Part shown: positions 47,873-61,135 of the stretch, one piece after another
Layout of the letters: every line of letters starts with the position of its first letter
Numbering within the stretch: position 1 is the stretch's first letter
Assembly (NCBI GenBank): GCA_028534125.1
Contig: CM052821.1
Location: 55,304,001-55,368,000 of the forward strand
Length of the DNA stretch: 64,000 bases
Origin: Lama glama
Taxonomy: Eukaryota
Direction: 5' to 3'
Program-made: the position numbers and the translations under genes
The notes under the pieces: generated by a model
Databases searched by the model: none
What the model saw: the letters and a program-made list of their open reading frames with translations, nothing else
What the model was told of the DNA's origin: nothing

Positions 47873-49639
47873 TTTGTCCTAAAATGTTAACATTGTAAAT
47901 TTTGGCCTCTGCAAACACAGTGCCCCAGGATGAAGCAGCTCTGACCCTGCGGGGCCAACTGCCCCGGCTTCCTAGTGACTCACCAGGTCTGGTTTCTCTG
48001 CCTTCGGGGGACACTCTTCCCCGGCCTTTTCTGCCTGACCAGTGAGGGGTAGGGCTCCAGGGTCAGGCCTGGGCCAGCTCCCCACCTCTACAGCCATGCC
48101 TCAGGCCTGCTTCCCTGGGCCCCACACCCAACGGTCCAACCACAACCCCCCTGGTTATCTCCTCCAAAATCCCAGGCCTCAAACCTGTCCCTCCCTCGCC
48201 AAGCCTGCTCTCTGGGCCCTCCCGTGGGGGAGGGTCCCACAGCTGTCCAGGGAGGCGGGCCAAGAGCCCAGGAGCCACCCCTCCCCTTCTCCCTCGTCCC
48301 CATCAATGCCACCTGCCAGAGTCCAAGTCACTAGCCTCCACCGCCATCTGCACCCCGGTCTACACCACCCCCTAAATCGGCACAACCACAGCCACCTTCT
48401 CCTCTTGGGCTCCTGGAGCCACATCAGCTGCTCACTGCTTTGCAGATCTTCTTGTTCTCCACAAAACACCTGCGAGAGCTTTCCAGAATGCTGACCTGGC
48501 CACGTGCGGCTTAGGACCAACCCCGCTGCTACGTGAAGACCCCCTCTGCCGCAGGACCTGGCCCTCAGCCACATGCCAGCTCGTCTGCACCACACCTCAC
48601 ACACCGGCCACATGGTCTCCCTGGTTGCAGGACGGCTGGGGGATTCACCAGGCCACCTACCCGGTAGGTACAGACCTATGCAAATCACCGCTAACAACAA
48701 TGACCCAGTGGTGACCATCTTTCTCTAGGCCTGGCGTCCTCTCTCCTGGCCTCTGCAGGTGGCTTCCCTGTGCCTGGGTGTGACCCCATCTCGGGCACCT
48801 CCCCACCCCCTCAGGAGGCTCTACCCACCCACCTGACCAGGTCCAGGGTGCCCATGACAAACTTCGATGGGCCCAGAATCTCCCCTCTTGAGAGAACGCT
48901 CGTCCCAACTCCAGGGGACACCCCCGTTCCTGCACATCGGTCTCCCCAGGCTCTGGGGCAGGGTCTGCCTGGGGGCCGAGTCTAAGAATATCCAGCACAC
49001 AGAGGGTGTCTGACGCAGGCCCGGCATGCAGCAGGTACTCGACAAATGCTTGTCAGATGAAGTCATAAAATGCCAGGATTTCCCCAATTCCAAGCCAATG
49101 ATTAATGCTAGTGCAAAATCATAAAACCTACATAATTCATGTGTTTGATTCAAACAGTGCTGGAAATATGTTGATGCAATGAATGAAGAATTAATTCTAC
49201 AGTTAAACACACCTTTTTAAAAAAAATAAAATAAAAGGCAGTGAGAACTCGGAGCATGCAGGTTTCGGGTGACCTGAGTCGCCCTGGAAAGGTTCTCATC
49301 TCCGGGTTCCGGGACCTTCGTTCAGGCCCCTGTGGCACCTTCGCAGGATGCTTTTCACGGCCAATACTCCAGCGTATTTGTTTAAACTGCACAGTAATCC
49401 ACTTACGTTTTCCTCAACTGTACCTTCTACACCCAGCGTGCTGACAGGTCATGACAGCCAAGCGTCGCGGGAGAGCCCCGGTACGTGGCGCTGGGCCGCT
49501 TCCGTGGTGGACAGACCGCATCACGGCCAACTTGGCATCACTGAACTCCGCGGAGAGATGTGAGATGATGGATTTTAATTCTTAAAATCACTTTACTTAC
49601 GTAAATAATTTGGATCAAATTTAGTGAGCCCTACATCTA

Positions 49640-50030
49640 ACTTTTTAAACTGCAGTACAGTCGACTTACAATGCCGTGTTCATTTCCGCGTACGGCATCG
49701 GGTCCAGTTACACACATGCATGTGCTGTTCAGTGCCACACAGTAGGACTTCGTTCTTTATCTGTTTTACATAAGGTAGTTTCCGCAAATCCTAAATTCCT
49801 AGTTTACCCCTCCCCACCCCCTCTTGCCCCCAGTAACCATATGTTTGTTTTCTATGCCTGTGATTCTGTTTCTGTTTTGTAAATAAGTTCCTCTGTGTCA
49901 TTTTTTTAGATTCCACATATAAGTGGTATCGGGGGACATCTGTCTTTCCCTGTCTGATTTACACGTAGTATAGTCACCTCTAGGTCTATCCATGTTGCTG
50001 CAAGTGGCATTATTTCACTCTTTTGTATAG
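49640..50030 (-). mobile_element. L1 3' end fragment
   Basis: tgttttgtaaataagttc...tttagattccacatataagtg...ccatgttgctgcaagtggcattatttc, reverse complement of the 30700-31110 motifs. Confidence 0.85.
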
Positions 50031-51166
50031 TTTTAATTTAGTATACAGTTCTTACAAGAAAGACCATTTTAATGAAATAAATGTTCTCAGATGTGCTCAC
50101 CGTCAAGATTGACTTTCATCTTTCCCTTTCGAGGGGTTTGCATTCAAAATGAATTTGGGCTTCTCCTTACGCCCAAGCATCCTGCTTGGAGTCAGTTGCT
50201 TGCTCTGAGTCGTCCTGAACCCGGGGACAATCCCCACCCCTGTCCTACCGTGCACCCCTCATCACGACTGCCAGTCTCGTCCCTACACCGAAGATCAGGT
50301 TCACCCGAGCAAGCCAATAGCCTCGCTCCATAATGCATGAAGCACCACAACCCCTGCGGACGAGGGCCCAGGGCCCAGTCTCCTGGTCACTGGCTGCAAA
50401 TGCAGAGCCCCACGTGGGAAACCAGGAAAGGCCCCCATGCCCCGAAAAGTCATTCTTAACTGCAAAACAGGAGCTCCCAGGAGCCGAGATCCCCTCAGTC
50501 CCACGGCCTCACCCATACCCCCACCACTGCGTGCCTGTTCCACCCAGGCTGGGGGCTGGGAGTGAGGGGACACTGACTGCCCGGGGGCCCCAGCCTGCAG
50601 GGCCGGAGCCACAGACCCTCGGTTGGGGGTAAGTCCCCCAGAAAAGCCCCCCAGCCTCCAAGGCTTACACAGGGCTTGTCTGCAGGGCAGCTGTGCTGAG
50701 AGCACAGGGCCTGGAGGATGGGGTGAGGCCCGCAGGGCCCCTCGCTGCCCGAACCCTCAGAGCCCTGGGTGTGGGAGCCTCAACACGCCCCCAGCCTGCC
50801 GATGAGGACACTGAGGCCCAGCACAAGGTACAAGAATATCATTTTTTGTTTGTTTGAAAAAAGAGAGATTCCTTAAAGATAAGGGAAATGGAGGGAAAAA
50901 ACAGTGCCTGGGTGGGGGAGACCCCGAGCTGCGCTGTCCAGGAGCGTCAGTGCAGCACACGGAGAGGAGGGTGGGGACCGCTCAGCCCAGAAGAGGCCCC
51001 AGCAGAGGCGCAGGAAGTACCGAGACTCCACGGGCTGGGGCCAGATGAGGGTGACAGGCACGCCCCTGGTCACGGCTGTGAACGAGAAGGGGCAGCGAAC
51101 ACCCTGGCCTCACTGCGTGCAGGACTGGCGGGGGAGCAGGGCGCAGCCCGGGGAAGGGAAGAGCCT

Positions 51167-51323
51167 GAGTGTGCGTGTGTGTGTGTGTGATGTGTGCCCG
51201 TGGTACACGTGTGGTGTTGCAGTGTGTGTGTGTGATATGTGCGTGTGCATGGAGTGCAATGTGTGCATGTGGTATACGTGTGTTGTATGTGGTATATGTG
51301 TGGTGTGTGTGCACGTGTGTGTG
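51167..51323. repeat. TG-rich degenerate microsatellite
   Basis: Directly visible in sequence. Confidence 0.88.
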
Positions 51324-52404
51324 ACAGTTGCAGCAGGTCTGGGAGAGGACGGGCAGGGTGGGGGAACCCGGTTCCTGCCCAGAGGAGCTCCAGACGGTCC
51401 CGGGGCTGCTCCAGGACCAGGACGAGAGAGACGGGGCTGGGGACCGGCGGGCCGAGCCCCCAGCCCTGGAGGAGGGCAGGGACGGGCCCCAGGAGGGGAA
51501 GGACACGTAGAGGTTTGACGACTTCAGTTTCTCAAGAAATAGAGAGACAACTAACTGCCTTCTGGCCCTAAGAAATAGCTCAGGGCTTTGAACTTGAAAA
51601 ACTAGAATCTCCAGTGGCTGCCATCCACCAGTGAGGCTCGTTTCAGTGGCAGAAGGAGCGTGAGATGAGACAAAGGCTGGGTCTCTGCAAAGACTAAACA
51701 CTGAGAAAATCGGTCCATCCGCCCTTCCACCTGCAGGGCCTCAGCATCCCCTCCCAGCAACCCCACAGCCCGAGGAGGCTGGGGTCCAGGGGCGATGAGC
51801 TAGTCCCCTGAAGCCCTGAGCTGTGCACCTGGCAGGTGGGGCTGTGACTCTGATCCCCTGCTGTTAACCGGCCTCTTGAGACCAGGCCTCGTCTGCCCAC
51901 CCCTCGCCCCCTCCACAAGGGGTTAAGCCTCCTCCCTCAAGGGGTTAAGGCTGCTACCAAAGGCCTCTGAGAGGCCAGACACCTGCCCGCCAACCCCCCC
52001 ACCAGGGGAGGGGAAGCCGGAAGCCCAGAACCCCGCAGGCTTGTCCTGGGCTGGGCCTTCGGGGTGACTTCATTACTGCCATTGAAGCAAATTCCCAGAA
52101 CACCGGACACACCCGTTTTTTAAATATAAATTTAAAATGCATTCCAGCAGCAAAAAAAAACCTATTCCTGCTTATCCACGGCTCCTGGCTGTTAAGAACA
52201 GAGTCACCCACACACCTGAGGGGTTGAAACCTGGCTAACCTGAATAATCAGTGTGCTTTCTAAACTCCTGGTGCAGGCACACGGCCCGGCCCAGCCCAGC
52301 CCGGGGCCACACATGGGGGCCCCTCTTTCAGAAAAGGGGTGCTCTTCCCACCCACCCTCCCTTCCTGCCTATTATGGGGGTGGGGGACAGAAAAAAACTA
52401 ACCA

Positions 52405-52780
52405 TTTGGTCAGCTAAATGACCGTCCCTAAAAGACACATCCGCCTCTAATTCCCGGAACCTGGGAATACCGCCTCCCACGGCGAACGGTGTGCCTGCAT
52501 GAAGGAGCCTGAGACCAGAGACAATCCTCATCATCCGGGCGGGCCCTCCGCGACCGAGTGAATCCTTACGAAAGAGCGGCGGCTGGAGTTTAGAAACCAC
52601 TCGAGGACGGGGGCAGAGACGATGCGGTCATGAGCCCAGGGGGCCCAAGGGAGACCCCCCAGGTCCCCCCGAGCCTCCAGAGGAAGCGTGACCAGGCCAA
52701 CACCTTGATCTCAGGACTCTGGCCTCTGAAACTGTGACAGCGTGACTCCCAGTCTGCGGTCTCCTGTGACGGGAAACCAC
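52405..52780 (+). mobile_element. Degenerate MLT1-type LTR
   Basis: ctaattcccggaacctg...gagcctccagaggaagc...gccaacaccttgatctcaggactctggcctctgaaactgtga. Confidence 0.65.
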
Positions 52781-54509
52781 TACGAACCCCAAACACACCA
52801 CAGAAACCGGGCAGACTCAGCAGCAACCACTTCCTGGGGATGGTCCCCGGACAGCGGCGCCTCGGCCCCTCTCAGTGTCTCCCGGGCCTCAGTGGACCTG
52901 GGGACCCTGAAGAGAAAGCACCCTCTGTCCCCCAGCCCTTCGTGGTGCCCCGGGGGCAGCGGCTGAGGACCGGGGCACCACGTGAACATATGCGCGTGGA
53001 CGCCCAAGTCCTGGCTGCCAAAGCCGGTGGGGGCCCCGCAGAGGGCCCGACACCTGCACGCGGGCTGCCGGGGGCACGGTGCACCCGGTGACCGGGGGGG
53101 GCAACTCAGCTGGCCCAGAACCCCATCTGGGCCCCTCAACAAGGTGCTTCCAAGGCCCCGGAAGTGAAGGCAGGGCGCTTCTGAGCCAGGGACGTAGCAG
53201 CTCAGGAGGTGTCTGGGATGAAGGACGAGGCAGAGTCTGGCGGAGGGTCCAGTCCCTGGCAACCTGGGACAAAGCCACTGTCCCCCGGGGCCTGCTGGGA
53301 GGCAGGTTCCGGCTGCCCCGGGGCCCGACATGGGGCTGTCCAGGGCTCCCCTCGTGCCCTGCTGTGCCTGTCGGTGCCTCTCCCCACAGACCATGACGGG
53401 GCGCGGTACACAGGCTGGAAACTGCCTCTTCCAGGGAGGTCCCGGCTTTGGAAGGGGTCACCCCAGCGCCCCTAGGATGGCCAGCTTTTCAGCCGGGGCA
53501 TCTATCCTATAACGTCCCAAGAACCAGCTCCAGGAGGACGTCTCAGACACAAGACTGATTAAGCTCTAGGACACGGGGCCATCTGAGGGCGGGAGCCCAG
53601 GAGGGCCAGGGAAGGTCTCCTAGAGAAGGCGAGCTTGTGGGGGTGCGCAGGTGGGGTGGGAGACGCCCCGCACCCCGGGGGAGAGGGAGGCACAGGGCCT
53701 GGCCCCAGGCGAGCGCCCCTGGGTGGCGCTGGAGAAGCCTGGAGGCCGGGCTGAGGGTCTGGGCAGGCGCCCGTGGACCGCGGGGAAGAACCCGTCGGTG
53801 GAAAGCAGACCTGCAGCTGCGCGCGGCGAGGCCGGAAAGGGGCGTTCCCGGCGCTTCATCAGTTTGAAGGGAACCCTTGCCAACTCCCAAACAGCGACGT
53901 GTCCAAACGCAGCCGGAATGCTAACGAAAGCCTTGATCATCCATGCAAAACCGCAGCTGAGCCCCCGACGGTTCCAATTCCCCTGCCCCGCGTCCCATGG
54001 TGCCGGGAGGAGGGACAGTTCCTTGGGGCAGATCGGTGTCCAGAGGGAAGAACCCGTGTTCTTCTTCCCCCGTGTGGGTCAGAACAGCTTCTGGATCCTT
54101 CTGCAGAAGCGGCTGCTCTCCAAACGCACAGCACTCGGTACGCACGCCTGTGGGGTGGGGGGAGGGGGCGACAAGGGCTGACCCAGGAGCCTTGTCTCCC
54201 CTCAGACAGCGGGTGTGACACCCCAGGGGGGTTCTGACAGCATGGGGCATGTCTCCCGGCTGCTTCACTGGCTGTGGTCACACATTTCAGGGTGCACCTG
54301 TGCCCCCTGCCGACTCATGCCCCGCGCCCAGCCCATCCAGCCCACGAGGAGCTGGCTGGGTGGACGCGGGGAACGCCTGCGCTCCAAAGGGAAGACAAAC
54401 CTCAGGAGCCTGTCTCCTGCCCAGGACTGTCCTCTGGCCCAGCAGATGCCCGACAAGCAGGCTGACAGGAAGTGGCCGCTGTCGCCCACCGCCAGAGGCC
54501 CTGAGGCGG

Positions 54510-54943
54510 GTGGCACTGGGTCCCCCAGTACCGTATGCTCAAGTCCGAACCCCTGGCACCTGTGAATTGGTCTTGTTTAGAAATAGGGTCTTGCCGATGT
54601 GATCAGGTTAAAATGAGACTACACTGGATGAAGGCAGAGCCTGTCCTTAGAAAACGAGGGAAATTTGGAAGCAGAGACAGAATGCACCCAGGGAGGAGGC
54701 CACCTGAGGACAGAGGCACAGACTGACGAGTTGCAGTGACAAGCGAAGGCGCACTTGGGACACACACATTCAGAAGCTTCGAAGCGGCGGGAAGGACTCT
54801 CCCCTCGAGTCCCTGCAAGGAGCAAGTCCCCGCCGACACCTCGGTTCTGGACTTCTGGCCTCCAGACTGGGAGGGGGTAAACTCCTGCTGTTTTAAGCCA
54901 CCCAGCGTGTGGTCCGTGGTGACAGAAGCCCCAGGCAGGTAAC
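54510..54943 (+). mobile_element. MLT1-type solo LTR
   Basis: tttagaaatagggtcttgccgatgtgatcaggttaaaatgag...ggacttctggcctccagactg...tgttttaagccacccag. Confidence 0.85.
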
Positions 54944-57900
54944 AGAAGCCCTGGGACTGTCCTCTTCCCGTCGGGCTGTCATGTGCACCCTGACCAGGCC
55001 AGGAGGACGCCGACGGTGCTCATTAAAAGCCCCAGCTTTGGGGGAAAGAATTCCAAGGAAGAGAACAGGAGACACCTGGCTACGTGCATCCACACCCAAT
55101 CTCTCTGTGAACATTTTTAATGGAAAACAAAGTCCCCCAGGCGCGCGCTAATGCCCCGGCTTTCCCACAATGTACCGGAGAAGGGCCCCATATCCCGGAC
55201 CTGGAAGCTGTAGAAAGGGCCAGACGTCAAAGCCTGGAGAGGTGCTAACGAGAAGGAACCTGGCACAATCCTGAGAGTCTGAAAGGCACCTTTTCCTAAG
55301 AAAGGCTCCTGCTTCTGCTTTACCTGAGGCCGTAATTACAGGCTCAGTAATGGGTTTCATTTTGAATGATAATTAACTCTCTGGCTTAAGGACTGAATTC
55401 AACTTGACTACGGACTCTTCCAAGTGGAGTTTTAACCCAGTGAACTGCAGGAAGGGGGGCAAACTCGTTTCTGCCGTGTTATGTGAATGTCATCCCACGG
55501 GATGACGGCCCAGCCCAGATGCACGGGGCACCGCCAGTCTCACACGGAGTGCGGGGTCCGAGCTTCACCCGGGGACGGGACTGCCACGCCCCTGGTGAGA
55601 GAGTTCAGGATCAAACTCAGACCTGGAGGAACGCGCACGGGTACTGGGTCAGAGACGTGCCACAATGGATGGAAAGTTTTCCCCGTGAACAGAAAAGATG
55701 ACTCGATTTTTATATTGAAAGTTTCTCTCACCTTGAACCTACACAAAGCATCCTGGCCCTGGGAAGTCACCACGGGCGACAGTCAGGGTCCCAGAAGGCC
55801 CTCTCACAGGACACCTGGGACGTCCTGCTCCGGGGTAGTTAGCACCAAGCTCAAACCCAGCATCGCTGAGACTCTTCGAAGTGGCCCCTGACCCACTGAT
55901 CCCCAAATCAGGCTAAATCCTGCTGAGGCGCCCCCTGACGACACAGGCCAGCAGCGTAGACGTGCAGAGCCCAGGGGCAGCCGCGTCCTTCACGCACAGA
56001 GGCAGGCCCACTCGCTGGTATTCAGAACACCCTCTGAACCCAGACAAGCAGCCTGGGCTCTAAGAAGGGAGGCTCAAGAATAAACAGGACCCTCCCCTCC
56101 ATCCCCTTGCCCCTCAAAGTGCAGAACACCCCAAAGTCCAAGAGAGCCCTCCCTCCCCAGTGATGCCAAAGCTGCCGCCTCCGCAGGCATGGGCCAGGGC
56201 CGACATCGATCCGGGGCGACAGACCACGTGCCCGCGCAGCTCTCCACACCATGAAGACGCACATGTGGGAGGAAGGGGAGGAGCTTCCCAGGCAGCTGCG
56301 GGCCTGGGGACGCGAAAGCACCTGCTGTGACCCACATGGCCGGTGTGCACAGCCGCAGGACAGGAAGGAACAGAGCAGTCGGAGGGGGAGCCCTGTCCCC
56401 TCCAGCTCAGTCACGGGAGCAGCGAAGGCTCTGCTCTGCGCGCAACACAGAACCGCGGACCCCGAGGAGGAGCAGACCTGTTCACCCCAACCCTGTCATC
56501 CTGCGTGGTACTTAGTATGCGCCTACTGGATGCCTGGTGCTGTGCTGATGCAAGAAGATGCTGGATGCAGAGGGGAGGGAGCAGACAGCAACGCGGCGTG
56601 CAGGGTGACAGGGTGAACGTGGGGTGTGGGGTGCATCTACCGTGAGCCCCGAGTGGGCTGAAAGGAGGGGCCAGGGCAGGGAGGCAGGGTCAGGGTCTCC
56701 AGAATCGGTGCTCAGGAGGGAGGCCCCCGGGTCCCTGACCCAGCTCTGCACCTCGGTGTCCCTGAACCGGGGGAGAGCTGTCCCCGCCTCACAGGGCTGT
56801 GGCGGGCACGGGGAAAGGGCCTGGGCAGAGCCTGGTGGACACGTGCCCCCACGTCAGGAGCAGTGATGATTCGACTTTTTAACCCGGGAGACCAAGCAGC
56901 AAGACGCAACAGGACCAGGACCCAGAAGCGCATCCTGAGGCTCACCCGGGGTTCAATCAGCCTCGTCTCTTCCCAGAAAAGAAGAGTTTCTGCCAACCCC
57001 TCGGTTAACAGGGTGGCCGCGGAGAGAAACGCTCTCCCGGGCCACTGCTCAGTGACACTGCTTTGCATCTCTCAGCACGCTGCCCTGGGAACCCTGAGCG
57101 CCCTGCACATGGCAGGCGTCTTTTAATAGGTGCTGTGAAGTCCATGAAACAAGAGAAAGGACCTGGTAGACAGGTGACCTGCGTTGTTCCACCCTGGAGG
57201 AGTCCACGGGCGACAAGCCTGAGCTCGGGAGCCAGAACCCCGGGTTCCAATCCTGACTCACCCTTTGTCCGAGTCTGCGGAAGGGCGTCTCCGCCTCCAC
57301 CGGCAACTCATTCCCGTGGAGACCGTTCTCTGTGGGGGCCCCCGTGCCCGGAGGGCAGTGAGCAGCAGCCCAGGGCCCTGGCCAGCAGCGGCCCGCCCCC
57401 CGCTGTGACCACTGAACACGTCCTCGGATTCCATCAGACGTGCCGCAGAGGCAGAGCCACCCCCGTCGAGAGCCTCTGGGCTAGAAACTCTGGTGTGCGG
57501 TGCCACGGTCTCCACCAGAGCTGCAGGGAGGACTGGGCTAACGTGTGCAGGACCACATGGAACGGTGAGCACCTAACGGGCCCGGTAAGCGTCATCCCCA
57601 GGTCACTGTCATCCTGAGGGTCGCAGAAATAAGTGAACCACACCCAAAACGAGAGCAGAGCAGCCAACACAGAAACACAGCACCGGGGGAGTTTCCGGGG
57701 TGATGGGCGATCACTGCCCGAGGAGGTCGGGAACCTTCCAGAAACTTCCCAGAGCAGGGGCAGCACTGGGCCGGACCCTGACGGAGGGAACTGCAGAGGG
57801 ATGGCAGGTGCAGCGGGGAGGAGATGGGGAAGACGTGCCGCGTCCTTGGGGAGTTTAATTCAATTCACAGACTGGAAGACTGAGGGGCCAGAAGCAAGGA

Positions 57901-60496
57901 AAACGGCATGAGTGCTTGTCACACACGACAGTCACTGAGGAACGTCTGCTGAGCTGAGAAACGTCCCCGTGGTGTTTCTGCCTCCCGTCCTCTGTCCCTG
58001 TTCCCTTCAGAGTGGGGTCACCTGCAGATCCCCACCACCGCTCCCTGCAGAGCACCGACACAGGGTGAGAAGGGGACATGCCAGCTCCCTGCAAGGACGG
58101 GGGTCCTGGTCCCCTGGGACTGCAGGAGCACAGGGGGCCTGGCAGGGGTACTTCTCCAGCACCCAATTCAGCAGCATTTCCTGAAATGAACTGAGACTTT
58201 CCTTCTCCCAGCTCGTCTCCGTGCGGCTACACAGGAAGCTAGGGTCCTCCGGCAGCCTTGGGCCGCCTCCAGCTTCCCGCCCGCCAGCCCGCGCTCGGCT
58301 TACCGGGGAGCGAGTAACAGAACCCCGGTGACGACAGTGCAGCTTTCACCGCGAGTAAGTGGGTTCCATTACCTCCTCCGAGAGCCCGGCTTCAAAGGAA
58401 AAAGGAAGAAAGGGAGGAAGGGAGGAAGGGGACCCAGGAGGCATAATCAGTCTGAGCCAGCCTTATCTCGGAGGGAAATACATAGGGTAATTTAGTCCCA
58501 ACGACATTCAAATTAGTCCCCTGCCCAGCGAGACATTTCAGGTGATGACATCCTGGGCCACTCCTGGGCATAACTTCTCTAGAAATGACTCTTGTGATTA
58601 AAACGAAATTTGAGAACTCGGAAGTCCTTTCCAGCCCACGGGCGGGAGAGGATCCGGGGGGTCCACGGGTCCCAGCGGGCCCTCTGCTTACCCTGCCCGG
58701 ACGTGGCCCCCGGCTCACGCCCAGCACTTCCGGAACCCGGGCCATTCCAGCCACGAGGCAAGGCTGGGCTCTGCGGTATACACCTCCCTGGGCTTCTGAC
58801 CCGCCTTCAGGATGAAGCCGCCAGGTTGTGGGGGCGCTTAGGGGTCTCCCGCACCAGGTCCCCACTGCCCCATGTCTCCACCAGTGAAAGGGTCGATCAC
58901 GTGGTAACCTGGGGTGGCCACCCGACCGGCAGGGGTGGGTCTGACGTGCACACTGCCTAGGCACACAGCAGGCACGATATACTTGTAGAGTGAATCAATG
59001 ACTGATTCACTGGCTGACTCCCTGGGGTGCACCAGGCCCTTTCCCAGGGGCCGGGGCCATGGGTTCTCCACCAGAAGCAGGACTCATCCATGGAAGCACT
59101 CGCCGTCCAGGAGACGGACGGGGACACCAGCTCATCCATCTCGAGGCGGACTGACTGTGCCGGGGCTGGCAGACCCGGTCAGGCACTAGAAGAGGCCGAG
59201 ATGCCAGCTTAACGCTGCAGAGTGGGCAGGGGAGGGTGGGCATACCACCAGCCCAAGCGCAGCTCCTGGACAAAACCAGGACGCCCAGGCGCGGGCTCAG
59301 GGGCCAGGGTCTCCTCTGCCTTCCGTTCCCACTCACCCCCAAGCCCCAGCGGTCAGGACTTCAGGATTAACGTTGGAGAGAGCGTGGGGAAGAGAGCTCT
59401 GGACCCTGGCAGGGCAGACAGACAGCCAGCCAGACACAGGCAGGCAGTCAAGCCTTTCCCGGCCGCAGCGGTGCCAGCAGATTATACCCAGGCTGGTGCT
59501 CAGACGCGGCAAGCCAGGGCGCACACCCGTCTCCCCGGGCTGCCTAATGCCCCCTCTCCAGGCGGCTCCTCCCCTTTGGATGCAAACCACCCGCTCAGCT
59601 CGGCTGCCTTCCTCCCGCTGCGCCCCCACCCCAGGGGGGCTCTCTTCCTGTTGATGAATGCCTGCTAATACCATAAGCCCCGGTCCTAAGCCCCATCAGC
59701 TTGTGCTGCATCCCACATTTGCACAGACCATTTCCCCGCTGTTTACACCAAACGTTAACCAAGGACACAGCCCGTGAAAGAATCCCAAAGCTACCTCCGG
59801 GACAAGTCAGGTCCCTCCTACGCTCAGGGAACTTTCCAAAGGACAGACTGTCAGCACCGTCCACAGGACGCCTGTTTGTCACATGGGCTGGATATCTACG
59901 GAACAGGCCATCGAAGACCGAAGCCAAGAGGGCGAGAAACTTTCTCTGTAACCACTAGCTGCCTGCAGAGCGACTCAGCTTCCTGACAAATCAGGATGTC
60001 TTAGGTAAGTGTATCTTCCAGGCTGCGAAGATGAGTAATTTCCACAGTGACAAAGAGGCATGAAAAAACGAACACCGTTTCAGACCCAAGTGATGATGAT
60101 TTCTGTCCCAGCTACGCTGTTTCACAACAACCAACTGAATTTGAAATCCAGAATGAACTACTTTACACTGGAAACCTCTTAAGACAAGCCCATGTCATTA
60201 CACGTGCGTAGATTTTTTAGGTTTTTAGGTGCCTCTCACACTATCATCTTCCTCCTACTATCTTTATGAAGAGGGTGGCTTGAGTCGCATGGGGTCAGGA
60301 GAGACCTCGGAGCTGTGGTCAGGATGCAGAACCGACACCCGGGCCTGGGGTCTGTCCTTAGACCCTGTCCCCGGGAGGGAAGTGGACAGAAGAAAGCACC
60401 GGAAACCCTCCGACCTGTGAACTGGGAGCCTCGTGCGAAGCAGAGGTGACCCGGGGTGTCCCAACCCCTCCCCGAGCCGGGCGTGCTGACACCTAC

Positions 60497-61135
60497 CGGT
60501 GAAGTCCTCCTGGCACTCGCAGGTGTAGCCGCCCTCGCGGCTGCGGCACCGGCCGTTGGCGCCGCAGGGGCTGGAGTAGCACAGGTCGATCTCGGTCTCG
60601 CAGTAGTCGCCGGTGAAGCCGGGCGGGCACCGGCACCGCAGGCCGTTGACGGGGTGGATGGGCCGGAAGAGGACGGTCGGGGAGCTGATGAAGGGGGCCG
60701 AGCTGTCGAACTTGAGCACCGACACGCACTTCATGTAGTTCTCGCACGGCTCCCGCAGGCAGATGTTGTCGTCGAAGGGCAGCACGCGCTGGGCGGACAC
60801 GGCCGTCAGCAGCGTCCGGTTCAGGTAGATCTGCTCCTGCAGGTCCTCCGAGGGGAAAAACTTGTCCTGGACGCCACCCGGGAGCAAGGCCGAGAAGGTC
60901 ACGTTCAGGATGTTGGAGCTGACGTCCGTGTCATTCTGGATGTTGAAGATGAAGACGGCGTCCTTGGTGGTGGACAGCACCGTGGCCACACCTTCCACAA
61001 AGAGGGACAGCAGCGGGGAGAGGAACTGCTCCTGCGACATGTTCTCCAGGCGGACGGTGATGCTGTTGGTCAGCATGTCGTCCGTGATGATGGTCACCCG
61101 CAGGGTGCAGAGCGCCACGACGCTGTGGATGCCGT
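60497..61135 (-). CDS. CELSR1: CELSR1 exon 2 (639 nt): end of cadherin region, membrane-proximal domain, EGF1-2
   Basis: Acceptor cgcag|ACGGC, donor ACCG|gtaggt; encodes DGIHSV...CLREPCENYMKC...CYSSPCGANGRCRSREGGYTCECQEDFT; phase 1-1. Confidence 0.96.

Larger units (their letters stand above)
509..61135 (-). other. CELSR1: CELSR1 gene, internal portion: 19 coding exons and 18 introns; both ends of the gene lie outside the window
   Basis: Spliced exons give one open frame of 3339 nt with domain order cadherin end/EGF x3/LamG/EGF/LamG/EGF/EGF/laminin-EGF/HormR/GAIN. Peptides such as DGIHSVVALCTLRVTIITDDMLTNSITVRLENMSQE and EAGIWWPQTKFGQPAAVPCPKGSVG match my recollection of CELSR1 rather than CELSR2/3. 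Confidence 0.96.

Noticed and set aside
50904-51701. Cys/Val-rich and His/Thr-rich ORFs (also 15532-16544 and 45953-46600)
   Set aside because: These are translations of TG/CA microsatellites.
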